A stretch of DNA of 64,000 nucleotides, taken from the IMG/VR virus record IMGVR_UViG_3300021960_000017. The stretch is one strand, 5' to 3'. Below, in pieces: positions 48,001-56,475 of the stretch (the first letter of the stretch is position 1; every line of letters begins with the position of its first letter). Source of the DNA: a virus (lineage: Duplodnaviria > Caudoviricetes). A program made the position numbers and the translations under genes. Under the pieces are notes generated by a model. That model ran no database searches and was not told where the DNA came from. It was given only the letters and a program-made list of their open reading frames with translations.

Positions 48001-48333
48001 AATGTAGCAAGACTTGTAGCATATCTCCGTAGACAATTACAGGCAACTGCTATAGGTTTTGTGTTTGAACCAAACGACAAAATTACACGCGATGAACTCA
48101 AACAACAAGTTGAGCAGTTAATGAATGATCTTGTACAAAAGCGTGGCATTTACGATTACTTGGTAGTTTGTGATGAAACAAACAATACACCAACAAGAAT
48201 TGATCGTAACGAACTATATGTTGACATTGCTATTGAACCAGTTAAGGCTGCGGAATTTATTTACATTCCAATTAGACTTAAGAATACAGGCGAGATAGAA
48301 GGCGGCAACGTAGCCAGTGCAAATGCTGTTTAA
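45085..48333 (+). CDS. gp18: Tail sheath protein (expanded, 1082 aa)
   Basis: MALVSPGVEVTVIDES, FPWLAPAG.RRG, LYSNKVNPI, DRINVARL, FVFEPND, IEPVKAAEFIYI. Confidence 0.95.
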   Translation: MALVSPGVEVTVIDESNYVANEAGTVAAIIVATAQDKTAGSGSGTAAGTTAANAGKTYLISSQRDLVTTFGNPLFYKSAAGTPIHGYEINEYGLMAAYSLLGVSNRAYVTRANIDLAQLSNSTSRPLGTPSSNTIWLDTGADTRWGIFEWSKTAGTFTNKVPTVITSTSDLTGGVPKTSIGAVGDYAIVATNASNPGYYKNRSNSWVLIGSASWQNSHATIAGTAASPTLTNGNSISINGTTVTLTGTTVTQLAADINTQAITGVTAGVQSNKIEIYATSSAASDGSTTDGKILLANGSGTILTDTGMTAGTYACPLVQQSQHYSVPEWKTTDSVPRPNGSVWVKTTATNTGASFDVSVYSTTTSAFVSQSVSLYENDRTANKNLDSTGGKAIAVGAFYVQYDVTENDTVTYKLFRRYATGQLEVTGNINTANPLTSSESFTIQASAANSTALTSAVTVTLSGTALADMASDINGANVANVSAEVTSDGYLKIKHALGGVIVLKDTSGTPLVDAGIVTGITTGQVRAGNSSNIILSNWVAPTHTANSTQPSSDPADNRYWYHGGTEADILISDGSNWKGYQNVTNDARGFNLANTSPDGVIFSASEPTTQSDETALVVGDLWLDTSDLENYPKLYRYQTVSGENRWVLIDNTDQTTENGILFADARFMGDTSTDVVTGTIPTTKSLLTSNTVDIDAPDATLYPRGMLLFNTRRSSYNVKQFRKNYFSRTNFSDTTLYPTLPTEKDAWVTASGNRNDGSAYMGRKAVRQVVTAAMKAAIDGSEELREDSRNFNIIAAPGYPELISNMVSLNNDRRNTAFVVADTSMRLAATGTAIQNWASNAGNAGGDGEDGLVTADPYLGVFYPAGQTNDLSGNTITVPASHMMLRAISRSDDQSFPWLAPAGSRRGLVDNVSSIGYINSATGEFVVDNIRESLRDTLYSNKVNPITFFNGTGILNYGNKTRATTASALDRINVARLVAYLRRQLQATAIGFVFEPNDKITRDELKQQVEQLMNDLVQKRGIYDYLVVCDETNNTPTRIDRNELYVDIAIEPVKAAEFIYIPIRLKNTGEIEGGNVASANAV

Positions 48334-48356
48334 GGCATAAGAAAAGCATGAAATTA

Positions 48357-48386
48357 TGGGGTAGACTCAAAGTTTGCCCCATTTTT
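48357..48386 (+). terminator. Intrinsic terminator
   Basis: TGGGGTAGAC-TCAAA-GTTTGCCCCA-TTTTT. Confidence 0.7.
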
Positions 48387-48432
48387 CATGACCACTTTCA
48401 GATAAATATTATTATATTAAGGAGGCAGACAT

Positions 48433-49050
48433 ATGTCAGTTTCATCACTATTAAAATTTACTGTACCTTTAGACAGTGATCAGTCAGCAAATGCACAAGG
48501 CTTGTTAATGCCTAAGCTCCAATATCGCTTCCGTGCAATGTTTGAAAATCTTGGCGTGTCTACTCCACGTACAGAATTAACAAAGCAGGTAATGGATATT
48601 ACTCGCCCTAGCGTAACATTTGAAGAAATGGAAATACCAGTTTACAATAGCCGTGTTTACCTAGCAGGCAAACATGTATGGGATATGTGCACAGTCAATT
48701 TCCGCGATGATGTAAATGGTAGTGTAACAAGACTACTTGGTGAACAGATTCAAAAGCAATTTGATGTTATGGAACAAGCCAGTGCCGCAGCAGGTATTGA
48801 CTACAAATTTATTACAAGATTCGAAATACTTGATGGTGGTAATGGAGCAAGTGCAGCCAACGTTCTAGAAACTTGGGAACTATATGGTTGCTTCCTTCAG
48901 AATGTTAACTATAACACCCTTGCTTATGCAAGCAACGAACCAGTAACTATTACTGCAAGTATACGTTTTGATAACGCAGTGCAAACACCAATTGGTGATG
49001 GTGTAGGTGCGACAGTTGCAAGAAACCTAGGACAAACAGTAACAGGTTAA
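48433..49050 (+). CDS. gp19: Tail tube protein
   Basis: LLMPKLQYRFR, RPSVTFEE, YLAGKHVW, ETWELYGCF; follows the sheath. Confidence 0.9.
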   Translation: MSVSSLLKFTVPLDSDQSANAQGLLMPKLQYRFRAMFENLGVSTPRTELTKQVMDITRPSVTFEEMEIPVYNSRVYLAGKHVWDMCTVNFRDDVNGSVTRLLGEQIQKQFDVMEQASAAAGIDYKFITRFEILDGGNGASAANVLETWELYGCFLQNVNYNTLAYASNEPVTITASIRFDNAVQTPIGDGVGATVARNLGQTVTG

Positions 49051-49073
49051 TTACTAATTAATCATTACGCATT

Positions 49074-49098
49074 AAGCCTCCCGCAAGGGAGGTTTTTT
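49074..49098 (+). terminator. Intrinsic terminator
   Basis: AAGCCTCCC-GCAA-GGGAGGTTTTTT. Confidence 0.85.
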
Positions 49099-49149
49099 GT
49101 TATAATAGCATATATTTTTTAGGATAAATACATTATATGGAGTAAATCT

Positions 49150-50544
49150 GTGGCTAGTGTCAATGTTTTATTAAATGCTATATCTAAAGGAGATCACATA
49201 AGAGATTTCCAACATGCATCTAGATTGTTTGTGGATAATAACTATGAGTTGCAACCACGATATTCTCATCTATTTCATGTTGTTTTTAATTTAACTCCTC
49301 AAGCAGCAGCACTATTTGATAATCAAGAAAAACTTGAAATTAACATGCTAGTAAAAAGCATTGATTTGCCTAGTTTTAATTTTGATGTGCAAACACATAA
49401 TCAATATAACAGACAAGTACATACTCAACATAAATTAAATTATAATCCTGTAACTGTAACATTTCATGATGATCAAAAGGATATTATAAGAAGTTTGTTA
49501 CACACTTATGCAAGTTATCACTATGCAGACTCCAGATATGCCCTAGGCGGTAAGTCTTACAATACTAATGACAGGTACTTTAATCATAACGGTGACAGTT
49601 ATGGTTTAGCAACAGGCCAGCAAAGATTTTTTAAAGATATTAGAGTATATAGTATGTTGCAAAAAAGATTTGCAGAGTATATTCTAATTAATCCTATTAT
49701 TAATGCATTTGGCCATGACAACCATAGTTATGCAAATAGCGGATTTATGCAACATACGATGCAAATTAACTATGAAACTGTAAAGTATGCAACAGGTTTT
49801 GTTAACAATGTTACACCCAAAGGCTTTGGGGAAGTACATTATGATAAAACACCTAGTCCACTTGGAGTATTTGGTGCTGGATTTGAAGATAGCATATTCT
49901 TTAGAGGTGGACTAATAGAAGCAATCAACACTGTTGCCCGAGATGTTGCTAGTGGAAACATACTCGGAGCAATAGCAAAAGGTGCTATAATCTTTAATAA
50001 TACCAAAGATGCAAACTTGGGTCAAGTTTTGGAAAAAGACCTTACAAGAGTTTTGGGTAGCGTTTTGCGTGGAAATAATCCACTTAGTGATGTAATACTA
50101 CCTACTATATTTGGTGCAGATAATATTATAAGAAACACTGTTGGTATAGGGGGTGATAGAATAGGTGGTACAGGTGCTCCTGTGGATAGAAATGTTAATG
50201 CCGGAACTTCATCTATTGTAACCAGTAATAGTGGTAATGTTACTAGTGGTTTGTTTAGTGGCGTTAGCAATATAATAAACGATCCTCTTAGTTTTGGCAG
50301 CGGTATATTTAATCCAAGCACTACTAGAAGTCCTGGCAGTCCTAGATTTTTAAGCGACGGAGTAGCAGCAAATACAGCGCCAGGAGTATCTGAATCAAAA
50401 GATAAAAAACTTTCCTTCTTAACAGATCGTATAAATCAATTAAACACACAAATAAACAATGCTAGTGCTGGGCAAGATGTTACCTTTGTAACAAAAGAAA
50501 GAGACGATCTAATTCAACGCAGGAATTTAGAATTTAACATATAA
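49150..50544 (+). CDS. Tube-fold baseplate/tube initiator (gp48/gp54-like)
   Basis: LVKSIDLPSFNFDVQTHNQYNR...YNPVTVTFHDD resembles the gp19 fold. Confidence 0.65.
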   Translation: MASVNVLLNAISKGDHIRDFQHASRLFVDNNYELQPRYSHLFHVVFNLTPQAAALFDNQEKLEINMLVKSIDLPSFNFDVQTHNQYNRQVHTQHKLNYNPVTVTFHDDQKDIIRSLLHTYASYHYADSRYALGGKSYNTNDRYFNHNGDSYGLATGQQRFFKDIRVYSMLQKRFAEYILINPIINAFGHDNHSYANSGFMQHTMQINYETVKYATGFVNNVTPKGFGEVHYDKTPSPLGVFGAGFEDSIFFRGGLIEAINTVARDVASGNILGAIAKGAIIFNNTKDANLGQVLEKDLTRVLGSVLRGNNPLSDVILPTIFGADNIIRNTVGIGGDRIGGTGAPVDRNVNAGTSSIVTSNSGNVTSGLFSGVSNIINDPLSFGSGIFNPSTTRSPGSPRFLSDGVAANTAPGVSESKDKKLSFLTDRINQLNTQINNASAGQDVTFVTKERDDLIQRRNLEFNI

Positions 50545-50555
50545 GGTATTACTCT

Positions 50556-50924
50556 ATGGCTCAAGATACTAGTTTACCACTTATAACCATTAATGATGAT
50601 ATAGACAAAAAAGTAAATGACTTTTTTGATACTTACTTTTCTCCAAACGCAAAAATAAATGAAAACGATTATGAACTTGTGAAAAGTTTTTGCGTTAACA
50701 GGACTAGTAATACCGACAGTGCTGCTGCTCTTACGGCAGCAATTATTAATTGTATAAACGAATTAAATCTATATGCGACAGATGTTATAGACCAATTTAA
50801 AACAAATTCAGATCCTAATACTATACCATTGTTCTTAAATCTAAGCAGAAAAGGTGTAAGTTTGTTAGGTTATAAAAATGCAAAAATTACACCTTCACGA
50901 GTCAAACAACAGGTTATAACCTAA
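50556..50924 (+). CDS. Hypothetical protein
   Basis: Intact ORF, TAATG-coupled to gp4. Confidence 0.65.
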   Translation: MAQDTSLPLITINDDIDKKVNDFFDTYFSPNAKINENDYELVKSFCVNRTSNTDSAAALTAAIINCINELNLYATDVIDQFKTNSDPNTIPLFLNLSRKGVSLLGYKNAKITPSRVKQQVIT

Positions 50925-51358
50925 TGGCTAACTGGGCAAATGGCATATATGAAGTAGTAAATGCTGAAAAATATGCAGGTAATCGCAAGCCACGCTACAG
51001 AAGTAGTTGGGAACATGCCTTTATGCGTTTTGCAGACAATCACCCTAGTGTAGTAAGTTGGGCTAGTGAAGCAGTCCAAATACCTTACCGGAACCCTCTT
51101 ACAGGCAAACAAAGTGTTTATGTTCCAGACTTTCTTATTGTATACCAAAATAAAAGCGGCAGCAAAAGAGCAGAACTTATAGAAGTCAAACCCGCAAGTC
51201 AAACTAGACTTACAGACAAAACAAGACCACAGGAAAAACTACAGATTGCACTAAACCATGCCAAGTGGGAAGCCGCAGCAAAATGGTGTAGACTAAAAGG
51301 ACTTAATTTTAGGATTATTAATGAGTCTGATATTTTCCACAGTGGTAAAAAACGCTAA
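50924..51358 (+). CDS. gp4: Head completion protein (TnsA-like PD-(D/E)XK)
   Basis: YRSSWE, WASE...IPY, YVPDF, LIEVKP, KWEAA. Confidence 0.9.
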   Translation: MANWANGIYEVVNAEKYAGNRKPRYRSSWEHAFMRFADNHPSVVSWASEAVQIPYRNPLTGKQSVYVPDFLIVYQNKSGSKRAELIEVKPASQTRLTDKTRPQEKLQIALNHAKWEAAAKWCRLKGLNFRIINESDIFHSGKKR

Positions 51359-51366
51359 GTAAATGT

Positions 51367-51840
51367 ATGACAAAAAAACTTGAATCCCTATTTGACTTGC
51401 CAGAAATTGACGAGGAACCTAAAGAAACAGAGACAACTGCAAAAGATGTTCCTGTATTAAAAGATACACTAGAAGCTGTAGACAAAATAGACGCAGCATT
51501 GCCAACTATCAGAGACCTTGAGACAAGCGATAGAGAGCTAGACGAAATAGCAGATACAGCAAAGCAAACATTTCAGGATCTAATGGATCTTGGTATGAAT
51601 GTAGAAGCACGCTTTGCTGGAGAAATATTTAACAATGCAAGTAAGATGCTAGACACTGCTCTTACTGCAAAAACAAACAAGATAAACAAAAAACTTAAAA
51701 TGGTAGAGTTACAGCTTAAAAAAGCAAATCTAGACCTAAAAAAGAGTGATGTAAGTTATGGTCAAGACATAAGTGACGGTGATGGCGTGGTACTAGACAG
51801 AAATACACTACTACAGGAAATTTTAAGTAAAAATAGCTAA
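51367..51840 (+). CDS. gp16: Probable terminase small subunit
   Basis: Helical and acidic; DLMDLGMNVE, C-terminal DRNTLL; position near gp4/gp17. Confidence 0.55.
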   Translation: MTKKLESLFDLPEIDEEPKETETTAKDVPVLKDTLEAVDKIDAALPTIRDLETSDRELDEIADTAKQTFQDLMDLGMNVEARFAGEIFNNASKMLDTALTAKTNKINKKLKMVELQLKKANLDLKKSDVSYGQDISDGDGVVLDRNTLLQEILSKNS

Positions 51841-51852
51841 ATATACAATAGG

Positions 51853-52365
51853 ATGAATGCTATGAAAAGTTTAAAAACATATCTAATGGAAGCACAAAAA
51901 ACCTATCAGTTTAGGTTGAAGGTTGCTTGTGAGTGTAATGAAGAAACACTTGATAAACTAGAAACAGCCCTAGAAAAGTATGAGCTAAAAAGTTTAAGTA
52001 AACCAAAGCGCACACCTATCCAGGAGCACCCAACAGATTTCCAGACATTAAGTAATGCAGAAGTTTACTTAATGGATGCTGAAGTTACATACCCAGTAAC
52101 TGCTTACCAATTATATGAATACATTAGCCAAGTAGTTGGTATACCTGCCAACCAATTAGTAGTAATAAACAAAGATCATCCAGAAGAGATTGCTAGAGAA
52201 GAAGCACTCCAAGAGGAAGGTGCGGAATACATTACCAAACTCGACGATGCCGATTATAAAGATGCAGACGCTGTCAAAGTAGAGGATCATTTCGGCGACA
52301 AATACAACGAGAACATGTTGAAAGATTTAGAAACTCGCAAGTATGAGTTTGCAAAGGAAAAGTAA
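51853..52365 (+). CDS. Hypothetical head-associated protein
   Basis: MKSLKTYLME|A N-terminus typical of gp21-processed head proteins; late promoter at 51838. Confidence 0.6.
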   Translation: MNAMKSLKTYLMEAQKTYQFRLKVACECNEETLDKLETALEKYELKSLSKPKRTPIQEHPTDFQTLSNAEVYLMDAEVTYPVTAYQLYEYISQVVGIPANQLVVINKDHPEEIAREEALQEEGAEYITKLDDADYKDADAVKVEDHFGDKYNENMLKDLETRKYEFAKEK

Positions 52366-52366
52366 T

Positions 52367-53839
52367 ATGCATATGATTGATGTAGTGCAGAAACTAAAAG
52401 AGATTGCTGAAAAAGGTTATGATAACGAAGACATCCAACGCGGTATTACTGCTGCCAGTAAACACCAAGTAACAGAGGATGTTCAATCAGAATATCAAGA
52501 TTTGCTAAAGTCAATGGCTGGTAAAAACGAACGTGCAAGAACAAAGCTTCTTGGTGATTTTATGGACAAGCACAGTTTACCAGGCATGTATGATCCTGAA
52601 AGTGGTTACTATGTCTATATGGGCAACGATGGTCCTGAGATTTCAGGATATGGTAATATGAAAAGTGCTAAAGCACTTGCCGCTAAAGGATTGTTACCTG
52701 ACGTAGTTAGAAAAAGATTTGGCGATCAATTAAAAGATGCAGAATCTAATGCAAAACTAAAAGTAGACTATGAATATCCTGACTCTGGTAGACCTACTAG
52801 ACCAAGTGTAACTTCAGAACTACCATTTGGTAAAAATCCTAAACTTGCTAAAGATATGCGAGACATTTTAGGTTTAGATGACAAAGCTAAAGGTAAAGCA
52901 TCAGACGAAGAACCTGCAAAACCTAGTAAACCATCAGCTGATTACTCAAACACAAACAGCGACATAGGCGCAGGCGAAGATCCCAATGATACCGTAAATA
53001 CTGCAAATATTTTTCCAGGTAAAGTAGATAAAGAAGAACTTCCGCCTCCAGGAAAAGGTTATACTGGTATACCAACTACAGCAGCAGGCGGTAATGCAGG
53101 CACAAACAGTGACATTGGTACAGGCGAAGAACCAGTACTGCCAATGTTCAAACGTGGGGGAAAGCCTGCAGGAAAATACAACAGGGATGCAATTAAAATG
53201 GAAGAAATTGAAGAAGTATACGAATCTGAAGAAGAAAATACTGCACTAGAAGACATTCTAAGATTAGCAGGCCGTAGTGGCGTTCTTGGCATGAACAAGC
53301 CAGTTAGTATAGTTGCTGAAAGTTTAGAACTTGAAGAAGGCAGTATGAAAGACATGATGCATGCAGCCGCAGAAGACATGGAGCTCAAAGATTTTATTGA
53401 ATATAGTGCAGAGGAATTTGGTATGTCCAAAGAAGGAGCTGAAGAGTTCTGGCAAGCTATAAATGGTGAGATTGACGAAGCAGAAGTACAGGAATGTGAT
53501 GCAGTTGAAGAAGAAGCAGTTGAAGAAACAGTAGAAGTTCCAGTAAGCACACTAGCAGATCTTATGCGTCTTGCAGGCTACACAGACTACCAGGAAAAAG
53601 TAGAAGAATATGCTAATGATCCAGCAGAAGAATACATGGACGCTGAAGAGCAACTTATTGGTTTAAGTGGCGGCATGAACGGTCCTAAGAAAATGTATCC
53701 AGCTGCGGCAGGTGGTGACAATCCAATGGATCAAGAGCCAAGAGAAATTGAGGAAGTAGCTGAAGCAGAAGAAGACTTCACTACAAGTTTTTACAAGAAG
53801 TATGATGCCTTCTTAGAAAGCCTCAACAAGGATAATTAA
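52367..53839 (+). CDS. Acidic hypothetical head/internal protein
   Basis: AAAGGA SD; Glu-rich with many (I/L/V)xE sites. Confidence 0.6.
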   Translation: MHMIDVVQKLKEIAEKGYDNEDIQRGITAASKHQVTEDVQSEYQDLLKSMAGKNERARTKLLGDFMDKHSLPGMYDPESGYYVYMGNDGPEISGYGNMKSAKALAAKGLLPDVVRKRFGDQLKDAESNAKLKVDYEYPDSGRPTRPSVTSELPFGKNPKLAKDMRDILGLDDKAKGKASDEEPAKPSKPSADYSNTNSDIGAGEDPNDTVNTANIFPGKVDKEELPPPGKGYTGIPTTAAGGNAGTNSDIGTGEEPVLPMFKRGGKPAGKYNRDAIKMEEIEEVYESEEENTALEDILRLAGRSGVLGMNKPVSIVAESLELEEGSMKDMMHAAAEDMELKDFIEYSAEEFGMSKEGAEEFWQAINGEIDEAEVQECDAVEEEAVEETVEVPVSTLADLMRLAGYTDYQEKVEEYANDPAEEYMDAEEQLIGLSGGMNGPKKMYPAAAGGDNPMDQEPREIEEVAEAEEDFTTSFYKKYDAFLESLNKDN

Positions 53840-53943
53840 GTAACACACGAGTTATAGGTAGCCTCTTTTCAAGTTAAGTAGGGGATCAACAGGCGTGTGA
53901 CATAATAGTCACTGTCAATACAGATACCTAAGGAGTAAAAACT

Positions 53944-54111
53944 ATGAAGATTGTAAGTTGGGTAAAAGACCGCTTCGCTGAACGTACATCATGGGACGGC
54001 GGCGTAGTTATAGCAGTCAGCGTACTCGCCTTAATAGCTAGTCCAATAATTAAATGGGTGGCATGGGCAGGTTTAGCCTATGGTATCTGGACTATTATTA
54101 AAAAAGGTTAA
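53944..54111 (+). CDS. Small membrane protein, holin-like (55 aa; not in ORF track)
   Basis: MKIVSWVKDRFAERTSWDGGVVIAVSVLALIASPIIKWVAWAGLAYGIWTIIKKG; AAGGAG SD. Confidence 0.65.
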   Translation: MKIVSWVKDRFAERTSWDGGVVIAVSVLALIASPIIKWVAWAGLAYGIWTIIKKG

Positions 54112-54138
54112 TAATCTTTTCTAAGGAGGAGAGTATAA

Positions 54139-54369
54139 ATGGACGCTCTTAAAAAAGTAAAAGGTTGGGCAGCATCACTAACAGACGTTGGTGTAAGTCT
54201 AATCGCACTAGGAATTGTTCTTGAAGTTCTATTCAAAGGTTCAGTTCCGTTTTGGTCAGACATGAGTGTAATTGCTAATGTTACAGGCATTATCAAAGGC
54301 TTATCAGCAGAAGGACTTGTTGGTCTAGTTGCAGTCTGGGTCTTGTACCATATCTACAAGAGTAAGTAA
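54139..54369 (+). CDS. Small membrane protein, holin-like (76 aa)
   Basis: Two hydrophobic segments, basic C-terminus; AAGGAGG SD. Confidence 0.65.
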   Translation: MDALKKVKGWAASLTDVGVSLIALGIVLEVLFKGSVPFWSDMSVIANVTGIIKGLSAEGLVGLVAVWVLYHIYKSK

Positions 54370-54398
54370 TAGTTTAGATACCTAAACAACTACTCGAG

Positions 54399-54423
54399 AG
54401 GGCGGCTTTTTGCCGCCCTTTCA
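54399..54423 (+). terminator. Intrinsic terminator
   Basis: AGGGCGGC-TTTTT-GCCGCCCT-TTT. Confidence 0.8.
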
Positions 54424-54458
54424 CTTTGTGATAAGTATTCATATATGAGGAGTAAGAT

Positions 54459-54887
54459 ATGCGTGATGAATATTTTGTCCCAATGAACGAGATAGTTCTT
54501 AACACACAGACAGAGACAGGATATGAATTACCAGAGGATGTTACAGTTTATGTAGGCGCTTTATTAGCCAGTTTCATCGATAAACCAGACTTCCTCCCTG
54601 AAAGAAGTTTTGCTGATGCCTACAGCAAACTTAGAAGAAAAGATTTAAGCCAAGCAAAAGAGCTAGGCGATACATGTCTATTTTTAAGTGGGGTGTTTCC
54701 CAAATATGGTAGGCGGTATGGATTAAATAAACGATACTATCGTGAGATAGGGTCAAACAGTTATGATATTGCAAGTATGCGAATGAGTCATGAAGTGTTT
54801 AGTTTGCTATCAACACACTTTGACTTTGTTGCAGATTTCATAACACTTTGCACACACAAGAAGCATAAAACTATAATAATAGGATAA
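54459..54887 (+). CDS. Hypothetical protein (142 aa)
   Basis: GAGGAG SD; KELGDTCLFLSGVFP...YYREIG..SY motif. Confidence 0.65.
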   Translation: MRDEYFVPMNEIVLNTQTETGYELPEDVTVYVGALLASFIDKPDFLPERSFADAYSKLRRKDLSQAKELGDTCLFLSGVFPKYGRRYGLNKRYYREIGSNSYDIASMRMSHEVFSLLSTHFDFVADFITLCTHKKHKTIIIG

Positions 54888-54890
54888 GTT

Positions 54891-56456
54891 ATGTCTAAAA
54901 GTTTAGATGGCGTTTTAATTAAAAAAGCACATAAACAAGAAAGTTATACCCATAAACAAATCCAAGAGTTTGCAGCATGTGCTGATAGTAGATCAGGACC
55001 TATGCATTTCTTGGAGAACTATTTTTATATACAGCATCCTACAAAGGGCAAGTTGTTATACACACCGTTTGAATATCAACAAAAATTATTAGATACCTAT
55101 CATAATTTTAGATTTAATGTTAACATGTTACCTAGACAAACTGGTAAAACAACTACCGCTGCGGGTTACTTGTTATGGCGTGCTATGTTTGTGCCAGATA
55201 GTATTATCCTTATTGCAGCACACAAATATTCTGGTGCTCAGGAAATTATGCAGCGTATTAGATATGGATATGAACTATGTCCTAATCATATCCGTGCTGG
55301 TGTTACCAGTTACAATAAGGGTAGTATAGAGTTTGATAACGGTAGTAGAATTATAGCACAGGCAACTACTGATAATACCGGACGTGGTTTAAGTATTAGT
55401 ATGCTATACTGTGACGAGTTTGCGTTTGTGAGACCAAGTATTGCTAGAGAATTCTGGACAAGTATTTCTCCTACACTTGCTACTGGTGGACAGGCAATTA
55501 TTACAAGCACGCCTAACAGTGATGAAGACCAGTTTGCTATGATCTGGAGAGATGCAAACAAGTGTTTTGATGCACACGGTAACGAAACAGATATTGGCGT
55601 AAACGGTTTTAAAGCATATCGCAGTTACTGGTGGGAGCATCCTGACAGAGACGAAAAGTGGAAAGAAGAAGAATTAGGACGCATTGGTGAGGAGCGTTTT
55701 AGACGTGAACATGATTGCGAGTTTATTATTAATGACGAAACTTTAATCGATAGTCTTGTTCTTACAAATATGATTGGCACAGATCCTATACACAAGCAGG
55801 GCACAGTGCGTTGGTATAAAATGCCCGAGCGTGGCTGCACATATATTGTTGCCTTGGATCCCAGTTTAGGAACAGGTGGTGATCCTGCTGCAATACAGGT
55901 ATTTGAAGCACCAAGCATGATACAAGTTGCAGAATGGTGTCATAACAAGAGTGCTATACCACAGCAAATAGACATTTTATCAGGTATATGTAAGTTTATA
56001 GGTGATCAGATTGGTGACTCAAACAGCGTGTACTACAGTGTGGAAAACAATACACTTGGCGAAGCAGCTCTTATTAGCATATACGAGCGTGGCGAAGAAA
56101 ACATTACTGGCGTGTTTTTAAGTGAAAGTAAAGCACATGGCAACAGTAGAAGGTTCAGAAAAGGCTTTAACACCACACAGAGAAGTAAGTTAACTTATTG
56201 TAGCAAGTTAAAAACCATGGTAGAAACAGACAGACTTAAAGTAAAAAGTAAACTTCTTGTTAGTGAACTTAAAAACTTTATAGCAAATGGTACAAGTTAT
56301 GCTGCAAAGATAGGCGAAACTGATGACTTAGTTATGGCTACACTACTAGCAGTGCGTATGGCTACAGAAATTAAAAACTATCTACCAGAACTAGATAATC
56401 ACATGAGGGACGGAAGCGATCAAGACATCGCTCCGATGCCCTTTGTAATAGTTTAA
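54891..56456 (+). CDS. gp17: Terminase large subunit
   Basis: PRQTGKTT Walker A, LYCDEFAF Walker B, ITSTPN, VALDPS, DDLVMA. Confidence 0.96.
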   Translation: MSKSLDGVLIKKAHKQESYTHKQIQEFAACADSRSGPMHFLENYFYIQHPTKGKLLYTPFEYQQKLLDTYHNFRFNVNMLPRQTGKTTTAAGYLLWRAMFVPDSIILIAAHKYSGAQEIMQRIRYGYELCPNHIRAGVTSYNKGSIEFDNGSRIIAQATTDNTGRGLSISMLYCDEFAFVRPSIAREFWTSISPTLATGGQAIITSTPNSDEDQFAMIWRDANKCFDAHGNETDIGVNGFKAYRSYWWEHPDRDEKWKEEELGRIGEERFRREHDCEFIINDETLIDSLVLTNMIGTDPIHKQGTVRWYKMPERGCTYIVALDPSLGTGGDPAAIQVFEAPSMIQVAEWCHNKSAIPQQIDILSGICKFIGDQIGDSNSVYYSVENNTLGEAALISIYERGEENITGVFLSESKAHGNSRRFRKGFNTTQRSKLTYCSKLKTMVETDRLKVKSKLLVSELKNFIANGTSYAAKIGETDDLVMATLLAVRMATEIKNYLPELDNHMRDGSDQDIAPMPFVIV

Positions 56457-56475
56457 AAGTAATAAATACAATATA

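Noticed and set aside
8855-56456. Introns or inteins in portal, capsid, sheath or terminase
   Set aside because: These ORFs are continuous; no Hint-type CxxxxT...HN(C/S/T) boundaries or LAGLIDADG motifs seen, and gp17 has normal length
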